A stretch of 63,692 nucleotides of DNA from an uncultured archaeon (GTDB taxonomy: Archaea; Asgardarchaeota; Thorarchaeia; Thorarchaeales; Thorarchaeaceae), in the NCBI GenBank assembly GCA_964473825.1, contig CAYYQL010000014.1:1-63692 (forward strand), written 5' to 3'. The notes under the pieces are model-generated. The model had not been told where the DNA came from, made no database searches, and worked only from the letters and a program-made list of their open reading frames with translations. Below, piece by piece: positions 20,203 to 30,900 of the stretch (positions are counted from its first letter, which is position 1; each line of letters opens with the position of its first letter). The position numbers and the translations under genes were made by a program.

Positions 20203-23200
20203 CTAGTCTATGTCGATGCCCAGACTCTCCAGTAGCGCCTTGAGATCAGCCTTTGAGAGGTTCTTGGCCTCTTCAAGTATCGTATCTATCTCATCCGATG
20301 ACATACCCTTCTTTTCGAGTTTCATCTTCAGGTCCTGAAGTTCCTCAGGTAGGTCTCCGAGAGTCGGTTCTTCTTTGGCTTCCGACTCCTCTATCCCTGC
20401 GAGTTCGTCCGCCCTTCTTGCCTCCTCTTGGACTATGACCTCTTTGATGAATCCCGTTCTCTCACTCGGCTTCATCCTTGCAAGGTCAGCTCTGAAGGCC
20501 TCAATCTCTTCGTCGCCCAGGCCAGTAATCTCAGCAAGCCTCTCGAGAAGTTCATTCACCTCAGGCACGATTGCTTGGATAGTTTCACCCTCTACTTCCT
20601 CTAGTGTCTTGGTTACGCCAGAAGGTCGTAGCTCCTCATTCGCAATCTGAAGAATCGTCTTCCTACGAGATGGAACTTCTGCAGGCTTTGGCACTCCTCC
20701 TCTAGCTAGTTTCCGAATCATCGCGTTCATTACCCGTACGAGTTTGGGAACGCTCCAGATCCTCACATACATGAAGAGAAGGGCGGCTAAAATGATGAGT
20801 CCGATGCTTCCGTAGGTTGTTAGCGCCTGAGTCAGGACTTGTGCTGCAGATGGGTCCGAACGTATCTCGAACTGAATCGATCGAGTCTCATAGAGGTCTT
20901 TTGTGAAGGCGACAGTCATCCCAAAGGTGCCTGCTTCGTTTACTTGGAGTAATAGAACATATGTACCGTTACCTAGAGATTGGAGTCTGTCTGGATAGTA
21001 TGTGAGACTGCCGGTCCCGAAGCTCACATCTGGGATTACATCTTCTATTCCTACTCCGTGGTCTAAGTCCCAATAGGTGATGGTGACTTGGACTGCTGAG
21101 CCTGGTATCGTCTGGATGGTTGTATTGGATACCATCAATGTTGTCCGGATTCTTCGTATATCAAGGTCAATCGTGTGAACAGGGACAGAGTACATGGTCC
21201 CAGTGAAGATTACTTCTATGGTGTAGAGACCTATGGGGAGGTCACTGGGAACGTCCAACGCGAAGCTCCCGTTCCCCAGCTGGGTGAGTCCTGCCTGACC
21301 AATCCCCTCGAAGAAAGCCAGTCCATTCACATCTGTAATCGTTTCCTCTGTCAGGTCGTTGATAACAGTCAGAATAGCACTAGTTCCCTCACCTATCGGT
21401 ATCGATAAGCTCTCCGTTCCTTCTATATGGGCGGGTGTTCTAGCCATGGCAAGAATCAACCTGATCGATGCAGTGTCGTAGTTGTCAAGAGAACCCTGAA
21501 CCTGAATCTCATAGTTGCGCGGAACTGTCACATTGATGAACACAGTCACCGTATAAGTTCCATTGGCATTATCAGTAAACGTCCCTGACCCGCCATCCCA
21601 AATGACCGCCAATTCAGCACCGATTATTGGTTGATCATTGTAGGTGTCATTCAGATACAGCAAGTATGTGACATTGTAGTCATGGTATCCGGATTGTGTT
21701 GGCGTGCCTGTTTCGAACTTCGTTGGCAACGGAACAATACTTGCGAGAGATCTTAACTGGGATGTTGAATAACCAACTCTTGATGCGGTCAATCTCAGAT
21801 AGAGTGTTTGTGAGCCTATCAGAGTGGTGTTTATCGTTGCCCTGTAGCTGCCGTCAGGTTGCTCACTAAGTGCACCTGAGAGAGTGCCTAGGGTGTATGT
21901 AAGGTTCGCGCCAAGTATCTTCTGATTGTTGTTCTCGTTTATGTAGTCCACAGATATGACTATTGAGCTACCGTAGTAGACTGTGAGATGGGTGATGTCT
22001 TCATCGATCTGTAACCTAGTCGGAACTGGCACGATATTAACATCGACGGAGGTCTCCAAGAATGCGAAGTTTGTTTCTATTGCCCGAACTATCAACTCGT
22101 ATTCTCCCAGTGCAAACCCTGACGTATTTAGACTGACGGTGTAGAACCCTGGTGTGCCGTTACTGGGAATCACGTAGTCCGTTGCGTTCCACTCGATTGA
22201 TACCTCGTCTGCAATGACAGGCTCGTTTCGACCAGTATCATTGAGATAGATCCAGAAAACAAGGTCGGTGTCCGTGACCACATTGAATATTGATTGCTCA
22301 AGCACTATCTGGCCAGTTCCTCTCGACACTGACAGTGTGAATGTTCTCTGTCGCGTCTGATAGAACTCCCGTGATACTGTAATCTGGGGCTGATAGGTGC
22401 CGTAGTCGTTATCACGCGTGTTCAGGTACAGCTCGTAGGTACCGTCTTCGTTGTCTGTGAAGGTATATTCTGTATCGTTCCAGACAAGTATCGCATCCAT
22501 GCCCGGAACCAGCGTGCCGTAATAGGGTTCTTCCACTTCAATGACAATATGGACCATACTACCCCAATCGGCATAATATGTCGTTCTCTCCATTACTATC
22601 TCAACTGTGAGTGCGGCCGGCTGGATGGTAACAGATACAATACCTGTCGAGTAGTTCTCAAGCTGAGCTTGAATCTCGAACGGGTATTTCTGCGCTATCA
22701 GGCCCGAAGTATTGATTGCAATCTGATAGATGCCCTCAGCAGTTTCTGTTATGACTACGTCAGTCCCATAGAGCGCTTCCCAGTTTGTCGTTACAAGTGC
22801 ATCGCTCACGACACCGCCATGGTCGGCATCAGTGAATGTTACATTGACTCGGTGAATGTCACCTAACGGTTGTGATCCTAATGGGGGCGCTTCTGCAGTA
22901 AGCGTAGTCTGTATCAGCCTGATTGTTGCTGGAACATCGCTTGTGGTTCTATTCGAGTAGAACGGTATTCCGGTCTTTCCCATCGTGATATTGAAGAATA
23001 TGACCCCTGCACCTCCAAACTGGGAGGTGGGAATTCGAATCCTGTAGATTCCTTCACCTATCTCTTCCAAGTAGTAGGTTGCCGAAGTCAGGTTTGTGAA
23101 GGAGACTGTTGCAGAGGCGTTTTCTATACCCACCTCTGAGAGATAGTCCACAAATTCGAATTCAACAGTGATATTATCCAATAGAGGAGTATCTTCGACC

Positions 23201-26200
23201 AATGGAAACAGTATTTGTGTAGGCCGTTCGGTTGTGGTTGCCTGGGTTGTCTTCTCGCGACTAGCATAGTATGGTTCGACGCCGGACTTGTTGACCAGAA
23301 GGCGAATCTCGTGAGCAGTTACCAAGTTCTCTGAATCAAGAACCGTGGACAAGAGGCTTATCTGATATATATCGCCTGTCATATCTAGGCTGTATTCGTC
23401 TGAAGCGATTGGTGTACTAGTCGGTCCGTGAACGAGAGTAATGTGTGTCTTATTGATACTGATGACTTGACCTGTCAGGTAATCAGTGAAACGAAACGAG
23501 AATGTCACGTTTTCCTCGAACGGCGTTTCGCCAGGTGTTTCAGTCATTAGTATTTGGGTTGGCCGCTCCACAACTCTCGCGTTAATGAACCTGCCCGAGG
23601 TCGCGTAGTAAGGCTCTCCACTCCATGACAGGGTCACATTTAGTGAATAAGTCGCAAGCCCGCCGAGAGCTTGAGTGTCAACGAGTATCAGGTAGTCACC
23701 ATTTCCGACATCAGTGAACCAGTAGTTGTCGCCTAGCAGCAGCGAATCAGTTGAATCATCACAAGAAACAAGCACCGCTGCTCCGTTGATCTGGGTTCCA
23801 GTAGTGTCATCAGAATAGGAAACTGTGAAACTCACGTTAGTGCCATAGGGTGCGGGGTCCGGGCTGTCATAGCCAAGCTGTGTGACTCTATTCAATATGG
23901 AGAGACTGAATGTTTCTGTAGCATCAGCGGCGAAGTTGGTGCCGTTGTAGACTATGGTGGCGTTGATCATGAAGATGCCAGTTGTGGAGAAGGAGGTATT
24001 GAGTTTCACCAGATAGTGGCCGTTTCCTAGCCCCGTAACTTCATACCAACCTTCTAGACTGGTGTTTAGCACCAAGTTACCAGTCATGCCGGAGCTACTG
24101 CCTGTAATCAGATCTGTATACACAAACTCGATTGATACGTCGTTCCCCCACTGTGGAGGAGTGAACGAGAGATGTGTTAGCTGAGTGCTGCGTAGGGTCA
24201 CCGTGATGCTAAATGACTTGCTACTGATCGACGTGTAGTACGGCTCTCCCACCCACGATAGGTTCAGGTGTAGTGTAAAAGTACCCGTGCCACCAAGCGT
24301 TGCTGTGTCTATGGCCATCGCGAATGTTCTTGTTCCCGAATCATAGCCCAGTGAGTAACTAACGCCACCCTCATTCAGAGATATGGAGAGGGAACTGGAA
24401 TTCTCGATTTTCACACTCGTCAGGGAGTCTATGTAGCTAAACTGGAAGTATGCATCTTCTCCGTATGGAGTGATATCGGCAGATGAGTAGTCAACATAAG
24501 TTGGTCTCTCTAATATGATTAGACTCACCGTCAGAGTCTTGTTCTCATAGAGTGGACTCACGCCCTCGCTCCATTCGAAATCTATTTGGAACTTGAAGGT
24601 TCCCAGAAGCCCAAAGCGCGATGAATCGAGGGAGAACTTGTAGGTTCCGGGGTTCGCCACGAGCTCCGTTACTTCGAAATCGTTTTGCGTCACAGGGTGT
24701 CCGGAGGTTATTGCTGATATTCTAAGCCATACATCCCCTGTGGATGCATTTGAGATGCGGGTTCCATTCACAGTGTCATAGTAGACGACTGTGAACGTGA
24801 AGTTATTCAAGTAATAGGTTGCTGTTGGCGCCTGTTCGAGAAAGAGGTCGGTTGCCGTCCCAAGGACTCTGACTTCTGTTGATATGGTCTGATTGTAGTA
24901 CTTCTCGACGGCTCCTACCCACCTCGCTTCTATAATCAGATCCTTCCAACCGATGGTCCCCCATTGGTCGCTTGCGATCGTGATGTTATAGTGTCCCTCA
25001 CCCAAGCTGGATTCGGAGACTGAGTATAGCAAATCGGGTGCTCCTGAGGAGCTGACCGATATCTGAACGTTCCCGGAAACGTTGTTTATTCCCGTTCCTA
25101 GATCTGTGTCACGATACTCAACGAGGACAGTTATGTTCTGTCCGTAGGGTGTCTGCTCCACAGGGCTATCAAGAACGAACAGTGTGTTATGGCTTCGCAC
25201 CTGTACACCAATGCTGAAGGTGTGGTTCTGATAGTTTTGTCGTCTGACATTGAACACTACATCGTAGAAGTCATCTGTGCCTGTTATTTCGTCATCATCC
25301 TCAGTGAAGATTGTTATCTCATATACTCCGTCGTCTATCTCGACTACAGTGTAGTTCTGTTCACCGCTCTCGTGGAATGGAGTCCAATTGCAGGTTATGT
25401 AAGATTCGCCACCTGTGATTGGAACGTCGAGCTCGCTGTCAAACCATGTCAACGTGAACGAATCCGATTCTCCTACAGGAATCGACAATCGGTTTGCGGA
25501 ATGCGAAACACGGTTGTAAATCTCTCGTACCTCCACATACATGATCATATCAGCAGTTTCAACGAAAGGTGCCTTTGCTTGAACCGAAACAGGATATTCA
25601 TCCAGAGGTACTCCTGAGCTATCGAGGTCGATCGTATAGACCCCCAATCCCTGTTCGGTCACGTTGTAAGACTGGCTCCAGTTACATGTGACAAGTGCTC
25701 CCTGTATGCCGGTTCCGTTCACATTTTTGAAGGACACGTTGAAGCTTTGGTCGCTCCCTATTGCTCCAGATATTCCCGGGTATTGCGGTGATTCAAGCGT
25801 TGAAGCGTAGTTCACATTAAGTGTGATAGTGGCTTGAGACGAATCATAACTACTCTTGGACCAAGTGAGGTCCACATCATACTGCCCCTTTCCGGGGAGT
25901 ACAGATGTGTCCAGTACCTTGGTGTACTCGCCGTTGCCGCTGTCATCAAATGAATCTGTACCGTCATACCATGTATATTGTAGATTGCCACCAGGAACCA
26001 AGATGTCGCTATCGGTGTCATTGGCCTCTACGATAAGAAGAACAAGGTCTCCGAAGGTTACGTTGGTGGTCCATGTGCCCACTGCATCATCTGGATAGCT
26101 GATTACTAGCTCAGAAGAGTGGGTCACTGTGAAGGCTCTTCTGAAGAATCCAGTGTTCTGCCATTCCCCGTTAGCGGCAAAGTCATTAGTAGATGCCTGA

Positions 26201-27942
26201 ACCATCCAGCTTCCTGCTGAAGAGTTGCTGCCTGCTAGGTTGAAGAAGGGTGTGGCTGCATAACCTGATCCATCTGCAGTTGCATTGACAGAGTACATCT
26301 TGACTCCATCAGCGTCATAGACTGTGATATTGACAATGGCATCTTGGAATGTGCTTCCAACGTATGCACGGACACGTGTGCTATTGCCAGCCCTCAAGTC
26401 TGTTGTACGTTTCCACGTCGTGTCATTGGGGTCATATACCTCCAAGTCCTGAATCATGTTGGGAGCAGACGAGCGAATTCTCCAATAACCATAGCGACCT
26501 GCCTCTGTAGCTACATCGTAAGCTGACACATTGAGATAGCCGTCTCCGGGGTGACCGCCTGACCATCCAGAAGTGAGGTTCGTCGATGGCGCTAGAGGTT
26601 TTGCGACAGAGAACACATCTCGATTCAGAGGAATGGTCTGATTGAAGTAGTACCTGTTGACGTAGCCTGTTGGGATGGTGGCATAGAAATACGTCGTATA
26701 GTTCACTTCAGTTGCGTTTCGCACGACATACCTCTGCCCGTAAGAAGTGGGACTTATCTCATATACTGTGGGTATATCAAGGCGTCTTGCGAACATGTTG
26801 GTTTCGACATCGAACTCAACGATTATCTTGCGATTCGGATCCGGGTTGGTTGGTGTTGGGCTCCATGTGAAGTTGAGCACCACAGGATCATCGACCCAAG
26901 GAGAATCAGCCACCTCGGTCACATAACCTGAACCATACCCCGGGTCAGAGCTGACGCTGATACCGTTCATTGCGAGATTAACATCGGACGGTGCTGCTCT
27001 TGTCTTGACATAGAGTTCGAAATTGTCAACTTTGGCTCTTGGCCCAATCTCAGGGTCATAACCAACGGATGCCTTGCTCCAGAGTCCTATCTCGACAGTA
27101 ACATCTTGGTCTCCGGGCAGACCGAATATGTCTGGCGAAACATAGGTGAGTCCCGAGTCATACCAGGTTTCTTCAGCATCTATGTCGGTGAAGACCATTT
27201 GCCAGACCTGTGAAGCTTCTATGTTCAGATAAATGGCAAATGAGCCGGTCATTCCATAGTGGGTATCATCTTGGGTATCGGCCCAGTAGTCCGTTCTAAA
27301 TGCAGCCCATACAACGTCACCTCTAGGAATGGACATAGACTGGGTCGCATAGGCACGGTCGCCCTGATCATAGTAGAATGGCGCACTTGTTGAACCCGAA
27401 TCTATCTCGAAGTCGAAGGTGCCATCTCCCACCCCATGGCCCGATGAATTGTACGATGATACTGGAGTGCTGTACGAGCCGACGTCCGTGAAGCCGCCCG
27501 TCCAATCCGAGCTGGTCGGGGTGCTGTTGAAGTCCCAGTTCCTGACCCAAGATCTGTTTTCGGTCAACTGGGATATCTGCGCATCAACGCGGTACCCTTC
27601 CCACCCGCTTCCTGTAGGAACACTGACGTTTGTCCCTGTTGTAGTATTGGACGCCAGATACATCATTAGATTGCCTTGGAAGTGGTCTGTTGCATTTCCG
27701 AACTCACCACTGATCAGAGGATCTGCAGTACCTATCCATTCCAGATTGCCTTGTTCACTGACAACGAACTTGTGAAGCAATTCTCCTGGTTCCACCTCAA
27801 CCGTCTGTCCATTACCGACATCAATGGGGATTCCCCTTGTGAGGTCAGGCTTAGTAGCTGCTAAGTTATTCAGATTTGAGAGTATTGGGACAAGGAACAG
27901 GAATACAACTGCGCATGTTGGGAGTAGCCTGCGTCTATTCAT
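20203..27942 (-). CDS. Giant type-I membrane protein (2579 aa): signal peptide, N-terminal beta domain, tandem Ig-like repeats, TM, helical cytoplasmic tail
   Basis: Recurrent ~100-aa units (Y.D.D....I..A ... G.Y.I.LDT..L..G.Y ... T.L); TM followed by WSVPK and a charged tail. Confidence 0.9.
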   Translation of the reverse strand: MNRRRLLPTCAVVFLFLVPILSNLNNLAATKPDLTRGIPIDVGNGQTVEVEPGELLHKFVVSEQGNLEWIGTADPLISGEFGNATDHFQGNLMMYLASNTTTGTNVSVPTGSGWEGYRVDAQISQLTENRSWVRNWDFNSTPTSSDWTGGFTDVGSYSTPVSSYNSSGHGVGDGTFDFEIDSGSTSAPFYYDQGDRAYATQSMSIPRGDVVWAAFRTDYWADTQDDTHYGMTGSFAIYLNIEASQVWQMVFTDIDAEETWYDSGLTYVSPDIFGLPGDQDVTVEIGLWSKASVGYDPEIGPRAKVDNFELYVKTRAAPSDVNLAMNGISVSSDPGYGSGYVTEVADSPWVDDPVVLNFTWSPTPTNPDPNRKIIVEFDVETNMFARRLDIPTVYEISPTSYGQRYVVRNATEVNYTTYFYATIPTGYVNRYYFNQTIPLNRDVFSVAKPLAPSTNLTSGWSGGHPGDGYLNVSAYDVATEAGRYGYWRIRSSAPNMIQDLEVYDPNDTTWKRTTDLRAGNSTRVRAYVGSTFQDAIVNITVYDADGVKMYSVNATADGSGYAATPFFNLAGSNSSAGSWMVQASTNDFAANGEWQNTGFFRRAFTVTHSSELVISYPDDAVGTWTTNVTFGDLVLLIVEANDTDSDILVPGGNLQYTWYDGTDSFDDSGNGEYTKVLDTSVLPGKGQYDVDLTWSKSSYDSSQATITLNVNYASTLESPQYPGISGAIGSDQSFNVSFKNVNGTGIQGALVTCNWSQSYNVTEQGLGVYTIDLDSSGVPLDEYPVSVQAKAPFVETADMIMYVEVREIYNRVSHSANRLSIPVGESDSFTLTWFDSELDVPITGGESYITCNWTPFHESGEQNYTVVEIDDGVYEITIFTEDDDEITGTDDFYDVVFNVRRQNYQNHTFSIGVQVRSHNTLFVLDSPVEQTPYGQNITVLVEYRDTDLGTGINNVSGNVQISVSSSGAPDLLYSVSESSLGEGHYNITIASDQWGTIGWKDLIIEARWVGAVEKYYNQTISTEVRVLGTATDLFLEQAPTATYYLNNFTFTVVYYDTVNGTRISNASTGDVWLRISAITSGHPVTQNDFEVTELVANPGTYKFSLDSSRFGLLGTFKFQIDFEWSEGVSPLYENKTLTVSLIILERPTYVDYSSADITPYGEDAYFQFSYIDSLTSVKIENSSSLSISLNEGGVSYSLGYDSGTRTFAMAIDTATLGGTGTFTLHLNLSWVGEPYYTSISSKSFSITVTLRSTQLTHLSFTPPQWGNDVSIEFVYTDLITGSSSGMTGNLVLNTSLEGWYEVTGLGNGHYLVKLNTSFSTTGIFMINATIVYNGTNFAADATETFSLSILNRVTQLGYDSPDPAPYGTNVSFTVSYSDDTTGTQINGAAVLVSCDDSTDSLLLGDNYWFTDVGNGDYLILVDTQALGGLATYSLNVTLSWSGEPYYATSGRFINARVVERPTQILMTETPGETPFEENVTFSFRFTDYLTGQVISINKTHITLVHGPTSTPIASDEYSLDMTGDIYQISLLSTVLDSENLVTAHEIRLLVNKSGVEPYYASREKTTQATTTERPTQILFPLVEDTPLLDNITVEFEFVDYLSEVGIENASATVSFTNLTSATYYLEEIGEGIYRIRIPTSQFGGAGVIFFNITMGKTGIPFYSNRTTSDVPATIRLIQTTLTAEAPPLGSQPLGDIHRVNVTFTDADHGGVVSDALVTTNWEALYGTDVVITETAEGIYQIAINTSGLIAQKYPFEIQAQLENYSTGIVSVTIQPAALTVEIVMERTTYYADWGSMVHIVIEVEEPYYGTLVPGMDAILVWNDTEYTFTDNEDGTYELYLNTRDNDYGTYQPQITVSREFYQTRQRTFTLSVSRGTGQIVLEQSIFNVVTDTDLVFWIYLNDTGRNEPVIADEVSIEWNATDYVIPSNGTPGFYTVSLNTSGFALGEYELIVRAIETNFAFLETSVDVNIVPVPTRLQIDEDITHLTVYYGSSIVISVDYINENNNQKILGANLTYTLGTLSGALSEQPDGSYRATINTTLIGSQTLYLRLTASRVGYSTSQLRSLASIVPLPTKFETGTPTQSGYHDYNVTYLLYLNDTYNDQPIIGAELAVIWDGGSGTFTDNANGTYTVTVFINVTVPRNYEIQVQGSLDNYDTASIRLILAMARTPAHIEGTESLSIPIGEGTSAILTVINDLTEETITDVNGLAFFEGIGQAGLTQLGNGSFALDVPSDLPIGLYTIEVIFTGTMYSVPVHTIDLDIRRIRTTLMVSNTTIQTIPGSAVQVTITYWDLDHGVGIEDVIPDVSFGTGSLTYYPDRLQSLGNGTYVLLLQVNEAGTFGMTVAFTKDLYETRSIQFEIRSDPSAAQVLTQALTTYGSIGLIILAALLFMYVRIWSVPKLVRVMNAMIRKLARGGVPKPAEVPSRRKTILQIANEELRPSGVTKTLEEVEGETIQAIVPEVNELLERLAEITGLGDEEIEAFRADLARMKPSERTGFIKEVIVQEEARRADELAGIEESEAKEEPTLGDLPEELQDLKMKLEKKGMSSDEIDTILEEAKNLSKADLKALLESLGIDID

Positions 27943-30900
27943 TCTGCATCCCCTCCTAGCTGGTCAAGGAGAGCATCTATCTCCGCTTTCGAGAGGTTCC
28001 TCGCCTGTTCTATCATCAATTCGGCTTCTGCACCGTCGATACCCATCTCAACGAGTCTTTCGCGTAGATGATCCAGTTCTTCCTCGGTGAGTTTCCTCTC
28101 TAGTTCTATTGTTTCCTTGTCTGGTTCGGCAAGTTTCTCTGCCTCCACAATGTCCTTAGCACGTCGCGCACGTTCTTGTTTCAGGACTTCGCTGATGAAA
28201 CCTGCACGTTCACTGGGCCTCATTTTCTCAAGATCCCCTCTTAGCGTGTCTACATCTTCAGGTGCCAATCCGACGACAACTGCGAGTTCTTTCAAGAGCT
28301 CTTCGATATCAAGAGTTGATATGTCAACTGTCGAGGGCGCAACGTCAGCTGACCCCTTCATGATTCTCAGCGGCCGCAAATCCTCGTTCATCGTATCGAT
28401 GATTACCTGTTTTCTGTTACGGACAGGAGCTGGCTCAGGGATTTTCCCTCTGGATAGCTGTCGGACCATCGCCCTGATTCTCCTAAGCATTTTGGGAACT
28501 GACCAAACTCGGATGTAGGCTGCTGCAAAAGCGACAAGGCCAAGGATGGCAAGCGCCAGATAGCCGAAGCTTGTATAGAGGGCCTGTTGCTCAGGGCTGA
28601 GTGTGACGTAGACGATGCCAGAATAGGTGCTGGACTCGTAGTTGGTTTTGTTCAGTTGAATCCTGTACTCGTAACCCTGCACGTTAGTTCCCATGAAAGC
28701 GAATACATAGGTGCCATTTCCAAAGTCGATAGATGATTCTGGCAGCACCTGAAGTGATGTGCCTGACGTTGAGTTCACAGCCATGGGAATCCCTGTCTCA
28801 TGGTCGATATCCCAATATGTTACCCTCACGAATACTGTCTGACCTGAGAATACGGTTCCTGGCGGGGGCGTGACTAGTAGCTCAGTTCTGATCTGTCTGA
28901 TAGTCATTTCCACGATGATTTCTGCCCTGCTGTAATTCCCCCGAGTGAATGTAACTCGTATTATGTATGGGTTTTCGCGAACGTCGAGTGATTGAATACC
29001 TGATTCAACGGGCCCAAATCGGTATGATCCATTTCCTAGGTTTGTTAGGGGATCAGTACCGAATTCCCAGATCGCAGTTGCCGTAGCATCTGTAATCAGA
29101 ACGTGGTTCAAGGTATCATTGAGTTTGAACAACTGTGTGTAGTCATCGCTTACAGGGATGTCTACCTCAAGTGTTCCTATCACCTCTGTTGGAATGGGCA
29201 AGACTCGCAGTTTCACTGAGCTGTACCCGAACTCATAGCGGGCCTTCTGGAATGAAACAGATATGTCGTATGGAATGATGCCTGCTTGAACCAATGAAGT
29301 ATCCAGCGTGAACGAATATGTGCCATTTTCTTCCTGAAGAAGCATCCCCGTGTATTCGCCGATGGTGAATGATGTTGTTGCATCATCAACACCCATCGAA
29401 TTTGTTTCATCCCAGAATGAGAATGAGAAAGTAGTCAACTGTCCGTAATAGACATCTTGAGAAGCATCAGTGAGTATCTCAACTGTCGTCCGAATCCTTG
29501 TGACTGTTAGTGTGAATTGGATTGACGCAGAAGCATACCCGTCTTTAGTGCTTGACACTCTCAAGATGTACTCCTGGATGGCTAATTCGGTGGTGTTCAA
29601 AAGAGCGTAATACCACCCATTTTCGATCTCGGAGAGATTGCCGGAGGTGCCTGATATACTGTAGATTAGGTTAGCACCTGTCACCCCGGTGCCGAGGTCC
29701 GTATTGTTCAGATGGACAGTGACATTAGCGAGAGTTCCTGCAACGGCGCTTAGCACTGTCCGTCCGTCGACGGGTGTGATTTCTGTGTTTATCTCCCGAA
29801 CCTCAATCGTGAGCTGGATACTGACACTCTTGTAGTTTGTAGAGCTTGCTTGGACCTGAATCTGATAGTTGCGTATACTAGCTCCTTCGACTGTGAAATG
29901 CCCGACGTATCGTGAGAGGGTAGAGTTCCAAATCAAGGTGCCAGAGCCGCCTGTCCAAGCGAACGAAAGCGTCCCGTCTAGGATGATAGTGTCATTAGCT
30001 TGGACTAAGTATTGTGCTTCAATAGTGACATTCTGCCCATTCACCACTACCAATTCGTCCAGACTCCCGACAAGACGGGCGGGAACCTTGGATATTCGTA
30101 TTTGGAATTCCCTCTGTCTAGATTCGTAATTGGCCAAAGCGAAGGTTATGGAGAGCGTGTATTCTCCTGCGTTATAGGCCAACGTCGATAAATTCAGCGA
30201 GTAGGCACCGTTTTCTATCTCCACCATTGCAAATGTATCTGATAGAATCGTTAGGTTGACGTTTCCGCCCACAACGCCAGTACCATTTCTTGCGTTCGTG
30301 ATGTTTACGTTGATTGTGACAACTGTTCCCCACTCTGGACTCTCAGGTTGGGCATCTAAGTCGATGTCAACAGGGAGGGCTGCCAGAACTATGTCTGCTA
30401 TTATCGTCCTGTTGAAATGGAGATATAATGAAGCATATACTTCGAAGGTGTATTCTCCCGAATCGAGAGGGCGTGTGTCAATCGTGAGATAGTATACTCC
30501 GCCAGCGCCTTCTAGTATTGTAGCAGTAGAGCCGTAGAGTGACTGCCAGTTTGTAGTGACATTTGCTCCTTCGATGCCGAGACCTGTGTTTATGCTTGTG
30601 AACGTAACGTTCGCCTCTAGAGTATCGCCAAGATAGTATGTAACACCTGTTGGAACAACAAGAGCGAGCTCTGTTGACACGGGATTCAGGGTGATACTGA
30701 ATGACAACTGTGTCTTGTTCTGATAGAAGGGAGTCCCTATCCAGGTGAAATTCGCAGAAAAGCGATACTTGCCGATGGTTGAAAACCCGGTAGTGTTTAT
30801 TCTGACTTCATATGATCCGTCTTCACCGACAAGGACCCAGTACTCGATGACTGATACATTGGAGCAAGATACTGTGACTTCGGCTTCCGATATCCCGTTT

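Noticed and set aside
26130-26160. GFFRR motif in both giant proteins (integrin alpha GFFKR-like) and RGD tripeptides
   Set aside because: GFFRR lies deep in the ectodomain, not after the TM; RGD is not conserved between paralogs (RGE/RAD)
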